A stretch of 64,000 nucleotides of DNA from Thermoproteota archaeon (GTDB taxonomy: Archaea > Korarchaeota > Korarchaeia > Korarchaeales > JAOZGB01): positions 160,001 through 224,000 of the forward strand of contig JAVCBU010000003.1 in the NCBI GenBank assembly GCA_037917685.1. Reading direction: 5' to 3'. The notes beneath the pieces are model-generated. The model made no database searches. It saw only the letters and a program-made list of their open reading frames with translations, and had not been told where the DNA came from. Of this stretch, positions 55,693 through 64,000 are shown piece after piece (position 1 is the first letter of the stretch; each line of letters starts with the position of its first letter). A program made the position numbers and the translations under genes.

Positions 55693-56058
55693 CTACAGGT
55701 TAGAATAACCATCTTCCTCACCCCTAACCCTAACATTGCCTGCTGGGACAATGTATATTTCCCTGCCCTCGACTATAGCTGTCGCTATTTTACGTCTTGC
55801 ACTCTCCAGGAGCCGCCACACAGTGCCCCTTGACACACCCATCCTTTCAGCTATCTCATCCTGCTTCAGGCCAAGCACGTCTGAAAGTCTCAAAGCCTCA
55901 TACTCATCATAGCTAAGGTACACCGGAAGCGAGGGCTCCCTTCCAGGCGGGAGTGAAGGCTGGAAATGCTTGACTATGGGCGTGGCTTCTATTATCCTAG
56001 GCTTCACAGGCCTCCCTGGGCCCCGTCTCCTCCTTCTCCTGGGTCCCCCCCTGAACAT
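55693..56058 (-). CDS. DUF134 (UPF0251) HTH protein
   Basis: GRPVKPR, DEYEALRLSD, AERMGVSRGTVWRLLESARRKIA.AIVEG. Confidence 0.9.
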   Translation of the reverse strand: MFRGGPRRRRRRGPGRPVKPRIIEATPIVKHFQPSLPPGREPSLPVYLSYDEYEALRLSDVLGLKQDEIAERMGVSRGTVWRLLESARRKIATAIVEGREIYIVPAGNVRVRGEEDGYSNL

Positions 56059-56120
56059 TTAAGAGAGAAATGGAGCCAAACCTATATAAGAATTGCTAAA
56101 CTAAATTGTAAGTAATTCCC

Positions 56121-57308
56121 TCAGTAGCCTAAACCTCCGGTGTATGATGAGTGTTCACTTTCAGTGAATCTCTCTAGCAGCCTAACATGGCTCTCCGGCA
56201 TTGCCTTAGTATCTATAGGCACTATAACTGTTACATTATAGTATCCTGCGATATCGACGATCGAGTTCAAAAGCTTGGCTGTCTCATCGAACCCGTTGTA
56301 AAGGATAAGATATTCCAATCCGTCCAGAAGTATTACACTTCTCTCATGTTTACTTGCAAATGCTTCTATTGATGCTTTAAGCCTTGAGAGATGCGTTGGG
56401 GGTATACTGCTTTCATCCTTCACTTCTGAGAGCCAGATTACCTTAACACCTGGGAATCTCCTGCGAATATCTTGAGGCGTCAGCCTAGTAATACAGAGGC
56501 CTGGAATACCGAGGGAGTGTATTTCCTTGAATAGTTGGAGAGCCCTCTCTATAGTAGGGTCGTGGAAGATGTTAACCCTCCCTATCATTCTCTTGAGAGC
56601 CGGCTCTAGCTCTACAAGGGAAGCAGGCTTAACTAACCTAAGACTGTTACCCTTAGAGAGCTTGTACAATATGATTAATGCGGGAATAAACAGCGTAGAG
56701 TATGAAGTCACAGCGTATATACTGGGTGGGTAGAAACGTTCAATGACAGCCACGCTTACAAAAGCTGTTGCTACAGCGAAGATTACACCTAAATATTTTA
56801 CTCTATATTCTCCTCCTCTGAAAAGGTCGTAGACTAAAAGTCCGATAATACAAGCACAAATTACCAGCTCTAAGATCCTGAGGTACTCTGAATATGCGCC
56901 AAACTCTGCTATAAGAATCTTAGAACCAGTTATAGTGGTTATTGTTATGGGATCCGGGTCCAGCTCGCCAGATAGGTACAGCAGTAATACGTAGATAGGC
57001 GGAAAATACACAGGTATATATAAGAGCTTTGGAGGACAGGGGACAGAGCTGATAGATATAACATAGTGGAACAGGGTGGAGATGCCTGTGAACAGAAGGA
57101 TCAAGAGTGAGACAGCCAGGAATACTGTTAGTTTCTCGTCCATGATGTAGATATAAATTGTCTCAACAGCCGATAGAAGAGCTGAAACGGCAAATATAAA
57201 GGATTTAATCCTTTCACATGAAGCAGCACTTATTTCAAGACTTCTTTTTAAGAAATACACCGATAAGAACCCGGTAAAAAGCGTTGATGCAATTATGTAG
57301 ATTGACAT
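56121..57308 (-). CDS. 7TM membrane domain fused to DUF835
   Basis: About seven TMs, then GLCITR, VIWLS, IPPTHL, ILLDGLEYLILYNGF. Confidence 0.85.
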   Translation of the reverse strand: MSIYIIASTLFTGFLSVYFLKRSLEISAASCERIKSFIFAVSALLSAVETIYIYIMDEKLTVFLAVSLLILLFTGISTLFHYVISISSVPCPPKLLYIPVYFPPIYVLLLYLSGELDPDPITITTITGSKILIAEFGAYSEYLRILELVICACIIGLLVYDLFRGGEYRVKYLGVIFAVATAFVSVAVIERFYPPSIYAVTSYSTLFIPALIILYKLSKGNSLRLVKPASLVELEPALKRMIGRVNIFHDPTIERALQLFKEIHSLGIPGLCITRLTPQDIRRRFPGVKVIWLSEVKDESSIPPTHLSRLKASIEAFASKHERSVILLDGLEYLILYNGFDETAKLLNSIVDIAGYYNVTVIVPIDTKAMPESHVRLLERFTESEHSSYTGGLGY

Positions 57309-57369
57309 TGAATTGTAATGGACATTGAGATTTTATAATATAACTGAATCGTCGACCATGTTTATACAC

Positions 57370-58512
57370 TTATAGTTCCTTCAAAAACTTCTTCAATAAA
57401 GCTAACTCCCTTCCTGCAACCGTCCTGGGATCTATGGGCACCAGTACGACTGATTTATATTTTAATGCTATATCTGCCAACCCATTTAGAAACTTTATAG
57501 TCTGCTCGAAGCCGTTGAAAAGAATTAGGGACTCCACGTTATCAATCATTACAACTCTTCCACCGGCTTTCAGGAAGCTTTCAACGATATCTTTGATCCT
57601 AGCTAGGTGAGTAAGGGGGATGGAACGCTCCACTCCAAGGGTTGAAATCCAAACTACATTGTTCGTGCCGCATCTTCTAACTGAGGCTTCAGGCATCCGT
57701 TTCGAGATGCACAGCCCTTCCAAACCTTGGTTTAACAGTTTTTTAAACAGCCTTAGGCTTCTAAGCCTGTTAGGGTCTTCAATTATATATGTAGCGCCTG
57801 GTTCAACCTCTTCTATCTCCCTCTCCGCAAATTCCAGTTTTGAAAAGCCTACTCTCTTAGAAACACTGTATAGAACTATCCATCCTGGGATTGCAAGAGT
57901 GGAGATGGAGCAAACCTTGTAGACACCAACAACAGGGTAAAGTAGCCTGAATACCAAGCAGCCCATATTTATCGGTAGTATTGATATGAAAACAGCAATG
58001 TACATTTTCCTACTACGGCCTTTCTCCTTAAGAATCCCTCTAAAAAGCGTGAGATATATAATAAAACCGTAAATCATAAGTAGAATCTCGAAGGGAACCT
58101 GGAACCTCCCCCCGGTAACAGCTGTGAACTCCCCTCCATATAGGCTAGTAACCCTCACGACAGTGGGATGCAGGTCTAAAGTGAACATCAACACTGCTAA
58201 GAATATGGGTGGAACATACATAGGAATAGTCCACAGAAGGTTCACAAAACCATAGATCAGAAGAGTCACATAGTGGAGGAGAATTGAACAGTTCAAAAAG
58301 AAAATCAGTAGTAGAGATAACCCGGTTATTTCAACGACACTCTTATTTTGGGAGGCCAACATTATACCTTCAATGATTGAGCCTAAAGCTGCCGAAAGGA
58401 ACCATGCCGTTGCTACCCTCCTATACGGCTCGTGTCCCTCACTGTGAGCTTTGTATCCTAGATACCCGGAGAACAGGCTTGATATAAAGTTTAGTGGAAG
58501 TACTATAATCAT
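57370..58512 (-). CDS. 7TM membrane domain fused to DUF835 (paralog)
   Basis: About seven TMs, then GLCISKR, VWIST, IDNVESLILFNGF. Confidence 0.85.
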   Translation of the reverse strand: MIIVLPLNFISSLFSGYLGYKAHSEGHEPYRRVATAWFLSAALGSIIEGIMLASQNKSVVEITGLSLLLIFFLNCSILLHYVTLLIYGFVNLLWTIPMYVPPIFLAVLMFTLDLHPTVVRVTSLYGGEFTAVTGGRFQVPFEILLMIYGFIIYLTLFRGILKEKGRSRKMYIAVFISILPINMGCLVFRLLYPVVGVYKVCSISTLAIPGWIVLYSVSKRVGFSKLEFAEREIEEVEPGATYIIEDPNRLRSLRLFKKLLNQGLEGLCISKRMPEASVRRCGTNNVVWISTLGVERSIPLTHLARIKDIVESFLKAGGRVVMIDNVESLILFNGFEQTIKFLNGLADIALKYKSVVLVPIDPRTVAGRELALLKKFLKEL

Positions 58513-58739
58513 AGTTAGGTAACATATTATATTAAGCCTATTCCTATTTTAAATCTTGGCAAGCATCATTAAGACACACTGAGGACATCCCTAAAAGTCT
58601 CTTTACCCTTTCTAACACTTATAATCCTACCACAGTTGTCTCTAACTGCTGAACCGCTAGGAGATGTTGAAGATCCAACAACCTTCATAGTATCCACTAA
58701 GTATCCTAGAAGCCATATTAGGCTTTTCGCTTTGGATGC

Positions 58740-59208
58740 GTGCATGGGGGATGGCGGGAACACCCGGAGGATACGTTGCCGCAGAATTCATTGTTGAAAC
58801 CTTGATAGGTGTGGACTAAGGTCGATGGATGAGTAGTAAGTTATGAAATATTCTATGTGGACTGCTAGTATATCGTATAAATATGAATGTAGCGTGTGAA
58901 GATGTATCCAAGGAATCTATTATGAAGATATAAGCGTTTGCAGAGGTATACATGTCATACCCGCAGGCTATAATACTCCCTAGAGGTGCTTTTCGATAAT
59001 GTGGACAGCTGTAGCTATAGCTTCCTCAACGAGTGGGTGCACTCTGATTGTTGATGGTTGCACTAGGTGTGGCGGTCTTGCTGTAGCAATGCTTATATGT
59101 GATGGTGTTAGTATAAGTGTAAGATTAATAGTTGCATACTGGGCTGATGTTAGCCGGGACGGTGTGGTTGGCGATGGAGAGTACACGATCCTATGGAGCA
59201 AGCCCTGA
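58740..59208 (+). pseudogene. Decayed copy of the S-layer-like GCTRYGT domain
   Basis: LIVDGCTRCGGLAVAMLI...LIVAYWADVSRDGVVGDGEYTILWS aligns with the M28 C-terminus; upstream part interrupted by stops. Confidence 0.55.
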
Positions 59209-59542
59209 AATAACAGGTATTATAGTGGAGAAAAGCGTGAAAATAGGGGATACAATAAACATAGTGGTTTCTTATAGGGCGAGGGACGAGGGGAGGGGAG
59301 TAAAATACTTCTACTGGCTGAGCCTTACAGGAGTTAAGGAGAGAGGCGTAGAATCGGAGGCCACAACACACCAGTTCAGAGTATCACTGCCGGTAACACG
59401 GGAACTTGCAAGTCTTCTCCTAAAAGGAGAGACACTAAAGTTATTTGGTTTCGCGTCAATCACAACTATAAAGCCTGAGGACTTCCAGGTACAATATGTA
59501 AAAAGGCTAAACTTCGAGGTAAAACTTGAAAATGTCCTTTAA
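59132..59542 (+). CDS. Hypothetical protein
   Basis: Open frame overlapping the PHP gene start; start codon uncertain. Confidence 0.45.
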   Translation: MHTGLMLAGTVWLAMESTRSYGASPEITGIIVEKSVKIGDTINIVVSYRARDEGRGVKYFYWLSLTGVKERGVESEATTHQFRVSLPVTRELASLLLKGETLKLFGFASITTIKPEDFQVQYVKRLNFEVKLENVL

Positions 59543-60368
59543 AATAGATCTTCACACGCATACTACAGCTTCAGATGGCATACTCACACCTAGGGAAATA
59601 GTGAGGCTTGCGGCCAGGCTTAAAGTAGAATATCTTGGAATAACAGACCACGACACAACCCTAGGGTTGAAAGAAGCGTTAGAGGAGGCGAGGAATTGGG
59701 ATGTAGAAGTAGTACCAGGGGTTGAGCTAAGCGTTGAATGGCCCACTGGTGAAATGCACATTCTAGGCTACTACGTCCCACCGGAAGGAGGAAGGCTTGA
59801 AGAAAAACTGGAGGAACTGAGGGAAGACAGGAGGGCTAGGGTTGCAAGGATTATAGAAAAGCTCAAAGATCTGGGTATAATTTTAGATCTTGATGAAGTC
59901 TATGAGCTTGTAGGCGGGTCTGTGGGTAGACCGCACATAGCAAGGCTTATGGTAAGCAAGGGATACGTGTCAAGCGTTGAAGAGGCATTCGAGAAATACC
60001 TTAAAAGAGGAGCGCCAGCCTACGTTGAGAAACGCTGGCTTAAACCTTCCGAAGCCATAAGGCTTCTAAGAGAATGTGGTGCGATACCAGTTTTAGCTCA
60101 CCCTGTAACCCTAAACATTGGAACCTCAGAGCTAGACAACCTTATTTCTAAGTTGAAGGGCACGGGTCTCATGGGAGTCGAAGTCTACACACCTATACAC
60201 ACGGAAAGTCGAATAGCGGCCTACAAGGAGATCGCTGAAAAACACGGGCTAATCTGCACTGGTGGAACCGACTTCCACGGGGACCAGGATTCAGGGATAA
60301 GGCTTGCAATGATCGACGTCCCAATAGAATGTGTCAAGGCTTTGATGGATGCAAGAGCTAGAGCTTAG
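59526..60368 (+). CDS. PHP-domain metal-dependent phosphoesterase (TrpH/YciV-like)
   Basis: DLHTHTTASDG, ITDHD, GVELS, HILGY, GRPHIA, LAHP, GGTDFHG. Confidence 0.92.
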   Translation: MKMSFKIDLHTHTTASDGILTPREIVRLAARLKVEYLGITDHDTTLGLKEALEEARNWDVEVVPGVELSVEWPTGEMHILGYYVPPEGGRLEEKLEELREDRRARVARIIEKLKDLGIILDLDEVYELVGGSVGRPHIARLMVSKGYVSSVEEAFEKYLKRGAPAYVEKRWLKPSEAIRLLRECGAIPVLAHPVTLNIGTSELDNLISKLKGTGLMGVEVYTPIHTESRIAAYKEIAEKHGLICTGGTDFHGDQDSGIRLAMIDVPIECVKALMDARARA

Positions 60369-60416
60369 ACGTCATAATTTTAACTACTTGAGCCCCTATC
60401 TGAGTAGGGTTGAAAG

Positions 60417-61670
60417 TTGAAGTTTGAATGGTATACCGAGTTTGTAGATACCGAGTACACTCCAAAACCGAGCGATCTCATCGTAAAGTTCAGGATTCAA
60501 CCCGCCCCGGGAATAACGATGGAGGAAGCCGCCGGAAGAGTGGCTTCCGAAAGCTCCGTTGGGACATGGACCACCCTCACAACGATGAAGCCTGAGATAA
60601 GGCGTCTTATGGCTAAAGCCTACAAAATATCAGGGAACATTGTTGAAATAGCTTATCCTGTGGAGCTATTTGAGCCAGGCAATATGCCCCAAATCCTAAG
60701 CTCAATAGCTGGTAACATATTCGGGATGAAAGCGGTGGAAAGGCTGAGGCTGCTGGACATCAAATGGCCCAAGGAGATAATAGAAAGCTTCAAAGGCCCA
60801 CAGTACGGGATAAAGGGCGTTAGAGAAATGTTGAAAGTCTATGATAGGCCCATCACAGCGTCAGTCCTTAAACCTAAGCTAGGCTTCACAGCTGAAAACC
60901 ATGCAAAAGCGGGATATGAGGCATGGATAGGGGGGATCGACATGCTCAAGGACGACGAAAACCTTTCAAGCCAGAGCTTCAACAGGTTCGAGGAGAGAGC
61001 TGAGAAATGCTTCAAGATGCGTGATAAGGCGGAAGCGGAGACAGGGGAGAAGAAGATTTACCTGATAAACATCACAGCAGAGACCAGGGAAATGTTGAGA
61101 AGAGCAAAACTCGTGAAAAACCTGGGCGGAGAGTTTGTGATGGTTGACATATTAACAACAGGCTGGGCAGCGGTGCAAACAGTTAGGGAGGAATGCGAAG
61201 AGTTAAAGCTTGCGATACATGCCCATAGAGCCTTCCATGCAGCATTCACCAGGGACAAGACCCATGGGATGAGCATGCTGGCTGTAGCGAAGGTGGCAAG
61301 GCTAATAGGAGTCGACCAGCTCCACATAGGAACAGTCGTCGGAAAGCTTGAGTCCCCACTAGAAGAGGTAAAGGCAATAAGACAGTCCCTAATAGAAGAG
61401 CTAGATCACATGAAGAAAACGTTCCCAGTAAGCTCTGGAGGGCTGCACCCAGGCCTGCTCCCGGAAGTAATGAGAATATTCGGGACAGACTTCGTTGTAC
61501 AGGTAGGAGGGGGAGTATGGGGCCACCCTTGGGGTGGGAAGGCGGGAGCGATGGCGGTGAGACAGGCGATAGAGGCGACACTTAAAGGAATAAGCCTAGA
61601 CGAATATGCAAGGGAAAAACCGGAACTAAGAGAAGCTCTGAAAAAGTGGGGATATGCGAAGCCAAAATAA
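60417..61670 (+). CDS. rbcL: Form III ribulose-1,5-bisphosphate carboxylase large subunit
   Basis: ESSVGTWT, AGNIFGMK, KPKLG, KDDENL, HAHRAFH, HIGTVVGKL, SSGGLHPG, GGGVWGHP. Confidence 0.95.
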   Translation: MKFEWYTEFVDTEYTPKPSDLIVKFRIQPAPGITMEEAAGRVASESSVGTWTTLTTMKPEIRRLMAKAYKISGNIVEIAYPVELFEPGNMPQILSSIAGNIFGMKAVERLRLLDIKWPKEIIESFKGPQYGIKGVREMLKVYDRPITASVLKPKLGFTAENHAKAGYEAWIGGIDMLKDDENLSSQSFNRFEERAEKCFKMRDKAEAETGEKKIYLINITAETREMLRRAKLVKNLGGEFVMVDILTTGWAAVQTVREECEELKLAIHAHRAFHAAFTRDKTHGMSMLAVAKVARLIGVDQLHIGTVVGKLESPLEEVKAIRQSLIEELDHMKKTFPVSSGGLHPGLLPEVMRIFGTDFVVQVGGGVWGHPWGGKAGAMAVRQAIEATLKGISLDEYAREKPELREALKKWGYAKPK

Positions 61671-61847
61671 CCTAAATATCCATAGGAGTGAATGCCCTGT
61701 GTGGTTAGTCGCGCGCAAAGCCAGGCTTAAGCCGAAGGCAAATCCGTAGAACAGCCAATCGTACCCGTAGCACGCTTTATCTGTGACTCAAGGTCTAGAA
61801 GCTACGATCTGACCGGGTACGCGTGGAGGCTGAGTTGATGTTCTGGC

Positions 61848-62244
61848 TTACCATTTCCGCTTTATGTTTGGTATTCTGTCGAATGCTTTATCGGTTGATA
61901 CTACTATGCCGTCGTGCTGGAGGGCTTCAGAGGCTACTCCTGCATCGAAGTAGTCGAGTTTGTGCTCCATTTCAAGCTTCGCAGACAGATATAGTGTTAG
62001 CGGTGTTATTCTACCCATCCTGTCCTTGACTTGTGGATAGTCTGCCAGGAGTAGGGCTAGCTTTTCCATCCTCTCCTCAGGGGGGAACCCTCGGCTTTTC
62101 AGGACAATGTCAAACTCCACTAGGGCTAGGCATGAAAGAACGTAGTCCTCCTCCCGTAGCTTTTCCATGAATACATGCCTTTTCATGTTTCGGACCCGTG
62201 GAGTCGGCGGCTGCGAAAAGGACGACAGTATCTAGTACTGGCAT
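61848..62244 (-). pseudogene. vapC: VapC PIN toxin with a frameshift near the 5' end
   Basis: ATG at 62244 (TAATG overlap) gives MPVLDTVVLFAAAD..PKHEKA; remainder (LDYFDA, STDKAFD) lies in another frame; 397 nt total. Confidence 0.8.
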
Positions 62245-62495
62245 TATCCTCCACCTAGCAGGTATCTTGTAGCCTCATGCTCCTCCTCTCTGAAGCTGAA
62301 CCCGTCCAGGCATCCCTTAAAGCTTTTCCCCTTAACTGGGACTAGGACTATGCCCCCTCTGAAGGGTATGACTATAAGCTTGTCACCCTTGCCTATACCA
62401 GCTTTACTCCTAACCTCCTTCCCAAGGGTCACCCTGTACTTATTATCGACCACGACAATGCTCATTTCCCCACTAGTCAACAATATAAACCACAA
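62244..62495 (-). CDS. AbrB/MazE-family antitoxin
   Basis: VDNKYRVTLGKEVRSKAGIGKGDKL; likely start at 62465. Confidence 0.85.
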   Translation of the reverse strand: MWFILLTSGEMSIVVVDNKYRVTLGKEVRSKAGIGKGDKLIVIPFRGGIVLVPVKGKSFKGCLDGFSFREEEHEATRYLLGGG

Positions 62496-62579
62496 ATATT
62501 TAATGATTCTGAGCTGGAGAGGCCTGCCTTAAACTTTACATTGCTGGATGCGGAAGGTTTAGCATGTTTCAACAGTTCT

Positions 62580-63416
62580 CTACAGTACCTCTACTATTCT
62601 GGTGTAGTCTTTCCTCGGGATTAACCTCGAGGCCTTCGTATAGTTTTGGAGTGCAGCAGACGCCATTGGGAGCATCTGCCTGTTCCTAACCCCTGTTTCA
62701 ACTATGTACCTCAGGTCTTTAGCTGCAAGTTCAATATAGAACTTCGCCCTTGTCTCGCTTGGGAGCATCCTGTTCCAGTAGTACTCCAACGCCTTACCGG
62801 TTGAATGTTCACGCATCACTTCCAATATTCTCTCAGGTTTTATACCTAGAGATCTTGTTAGGGCGAGGGCCTCAGCGAGACTAGAAACCGTAGTTATAAG
62901 TATATGGTTAACAATCATCTTAACCCTACTCCCGTAGCCGGGAGGCCCTATGTAGAAAGGCTCCCCCATAGCCCTCAACACGTCTAGAACCCTTTCATAG
63001 ACCTCCCTACTGCCTCCAACCAGAATCTTAAGCTTGCCTCTCTCCGCAGCGTCAACATTTCCGAGCACCGGAGCGTCTAGGAAATGGAACCTTCTACTCT
63101 CAGCCTCTAAGGCCATCTTCTCTGAGAAGGCGGGGTAAACAGTGCTCATGTCTACAAATATGGTGCCAGGCCTAGCTTTCCGAAAAGCCTTCCGCAGAAT
63201 CTTTTCAACCACGTCAGCATCCCTAAGCATAGTAATATAGACATCTACATCAGAGGCTAAATCGCCAGGCCCGCCTGCGATGTCTGCCCCCAGCTCCCTA
63301 AAGGGCAAGGCCTTCTCAACAGTCCTATTATAAACCTTAAGCTGAAATCCAGCCTCTAAGAGACGCCTAGCCATCGGTGCACCCATCATGCCCAAACCGG
63401 CAAATCCAACCCTCAA
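62580..63416 (-). CDS. NAD(P)-dependent oxidoreductase, 3-hydroxyisobutyrate dehydrogenase family
   Basis: GLGMMG, YNRT, DMST, DAPVLG, KMIVN, KDL. Confidence 0.92.
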   Translation of the reverse strand: MRVGFAGLGMMGAPMARRLLEAGFQLKVYNRTVEKALPFRELGADIAGGPGDLASDVDVYITMLRDADVVEKILRKAFRKARPGTIFVDMSTVYPAFSEKMALEAESRRFHFLDAPVLGNVDAAERGKLKILVGGSREVYERVLDVLRAMGEPFYIGPPGYGSRVKMIVNHILITTVSSLAEALALTRSLGIKPERILEVMREHSTGKALEYYWNRMLPSETRAKFYIELAAKDLRYIVETGVRNRQMLPMASAALQNYTKASRLIPRKDYTRIVEVL

Positions 63417-63532
63417 CTCTCACCACCTACATATCCAATACGGCTTCCTTTAATAAACAAAGCCGGAAACATCCAGCTTGTTCGGTGTTGGGGTGTGGGG
63501 ATTTCCATGTCACATGGTAACTTTTAACTTTC

Positions 63533-63964
63533 ATGCATAGGTTACTGGTAGTGGTTGTCTTGCCCTTGAGAATATCAGTTGTAGACTCCGACCTTTGTGT
63601 TGGCTGTTTCAGCTGTGTCCTGGCATGTACGAGAAGGCTCGGCCTTGTCGGATATGGTAAGTCCGCCATAAGGGTTAGAAGTCTTGGAGCAATAGAGCGT
63701 GGCCACATAGTGGTTGTCTGTAGAGCCTGTCTCGACCCTCCCTGCGCTGCCTCCTGCCCCGAGGATGCTCTGAAGCCCAGGGAGGGTGGTGGGGTGACGT
63801 TTAATCCCGACATGTGTATTGGCTGCGGCTACTGTGTGGAAGCCTGCCCCTTTGGAGCTGTAAACTGGGATAGCGAGGTGAATAAGCCTATCTTCTGCAT
63901 CTACTGCGGCTACTGTGCCAAGTACTGTCCGTACGGCGTGATAAAGCTTGAAGAGGTGGGATAA
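63533..63964 (+). CDS. 4Fe-4S dicluster electron-transfer subunit
   Basis: CVGCFSC, CRACLDPPCAASCP, CIGCGYCVEACP, CIYCGYCAKYCP. Confidence 0.9.
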   Translation: MHRLLVVVVLPLRISVVDSDLCVGCFSCVLACTRRLGLVGYGKSAIRVRSLGAIERGHIVVVCRACLDPPCAASCPEDALKPREGGGVTFNPDMCIGCGYCVEACPFGAVNWDSEVNKPIFCIYCGYCAKYCPYGVIKLEEVG

Positions 63965-64000
63965 TGGAAGCTCTAAATAGAGTTCTGTATATTGATCTTT
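63964..64000 (+). CDS. Start of a probable aldehyde:ferredoxin oxidoreductase-family gene (cut by the window edge)
   Basis: MEALNRVLYIDL coupled to the ferredoxin gene (TAATG); only 12 codons visible. Confidence 0.5.
   Translation, partial: MEALNRVLYIDL

Noticed and set aside
60417-61670. RuBisCO as evidence of a Calvin cycle
   Set aside because: Form III type; no small subunit or phosphoribulokinase in the window
61690-61830. GC-rich intergenic stretch with cgtacccg/cgggtacg as a C/D-box sRNA or tRNA
   Set aside because: No canonical C box or cloverleaf; an 8-bp IR alone is insufficient

Overview
Archaeal chromosomal window. TATA-type promoters, a form III RuBisCO, DUF835, AbrB-PIN and MNT-HEPN modules and an archaeal pilin point to an anaerobic archaeon; a TACK/Bathyarchaeia-like origin is inference only. 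Content: a glycosylation cluster (0.3-3.5 kb); many secreted or membrane-anchored enzymes; two ABC transporters; LarA; a dispersed DUF134/NifB-NifX/DUF5320/ferredoxin-MinD-ATPase/radical SAM metal-cofactor module; tandem 7TM-DUF835 proteins; RuBisCO; many intact or decayed toxin-antitoxin modules and pseudogenes. No tRNA, rRNA or CRISPR array was recognised. Main leads: (1) a 1695-aa alpha-2-macroglobulin/thioester protein with intact CNEQ, a His at the complement-C3-equivalent position and a transmembrane hairpin inside its bait region; (2) relics of RiPP-like loci missed by the ORF track: tandem (CxxGCxxGLx)2 precursors before a radical SAM/SPASM remnant, and a peptide coupled to a PqqD/RRE remnant inside a direct-repeat-bounded islet; (3) a palindromic TTTTGWG-N6-CAMAAAA site at five promoters of the DUF134 module; (4) a shuffled GCTRYGT / W-x-D-x-N-x-D surface domain fused to different enzymes. 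All family calls come from motif recognition by eye; no database searches were run.
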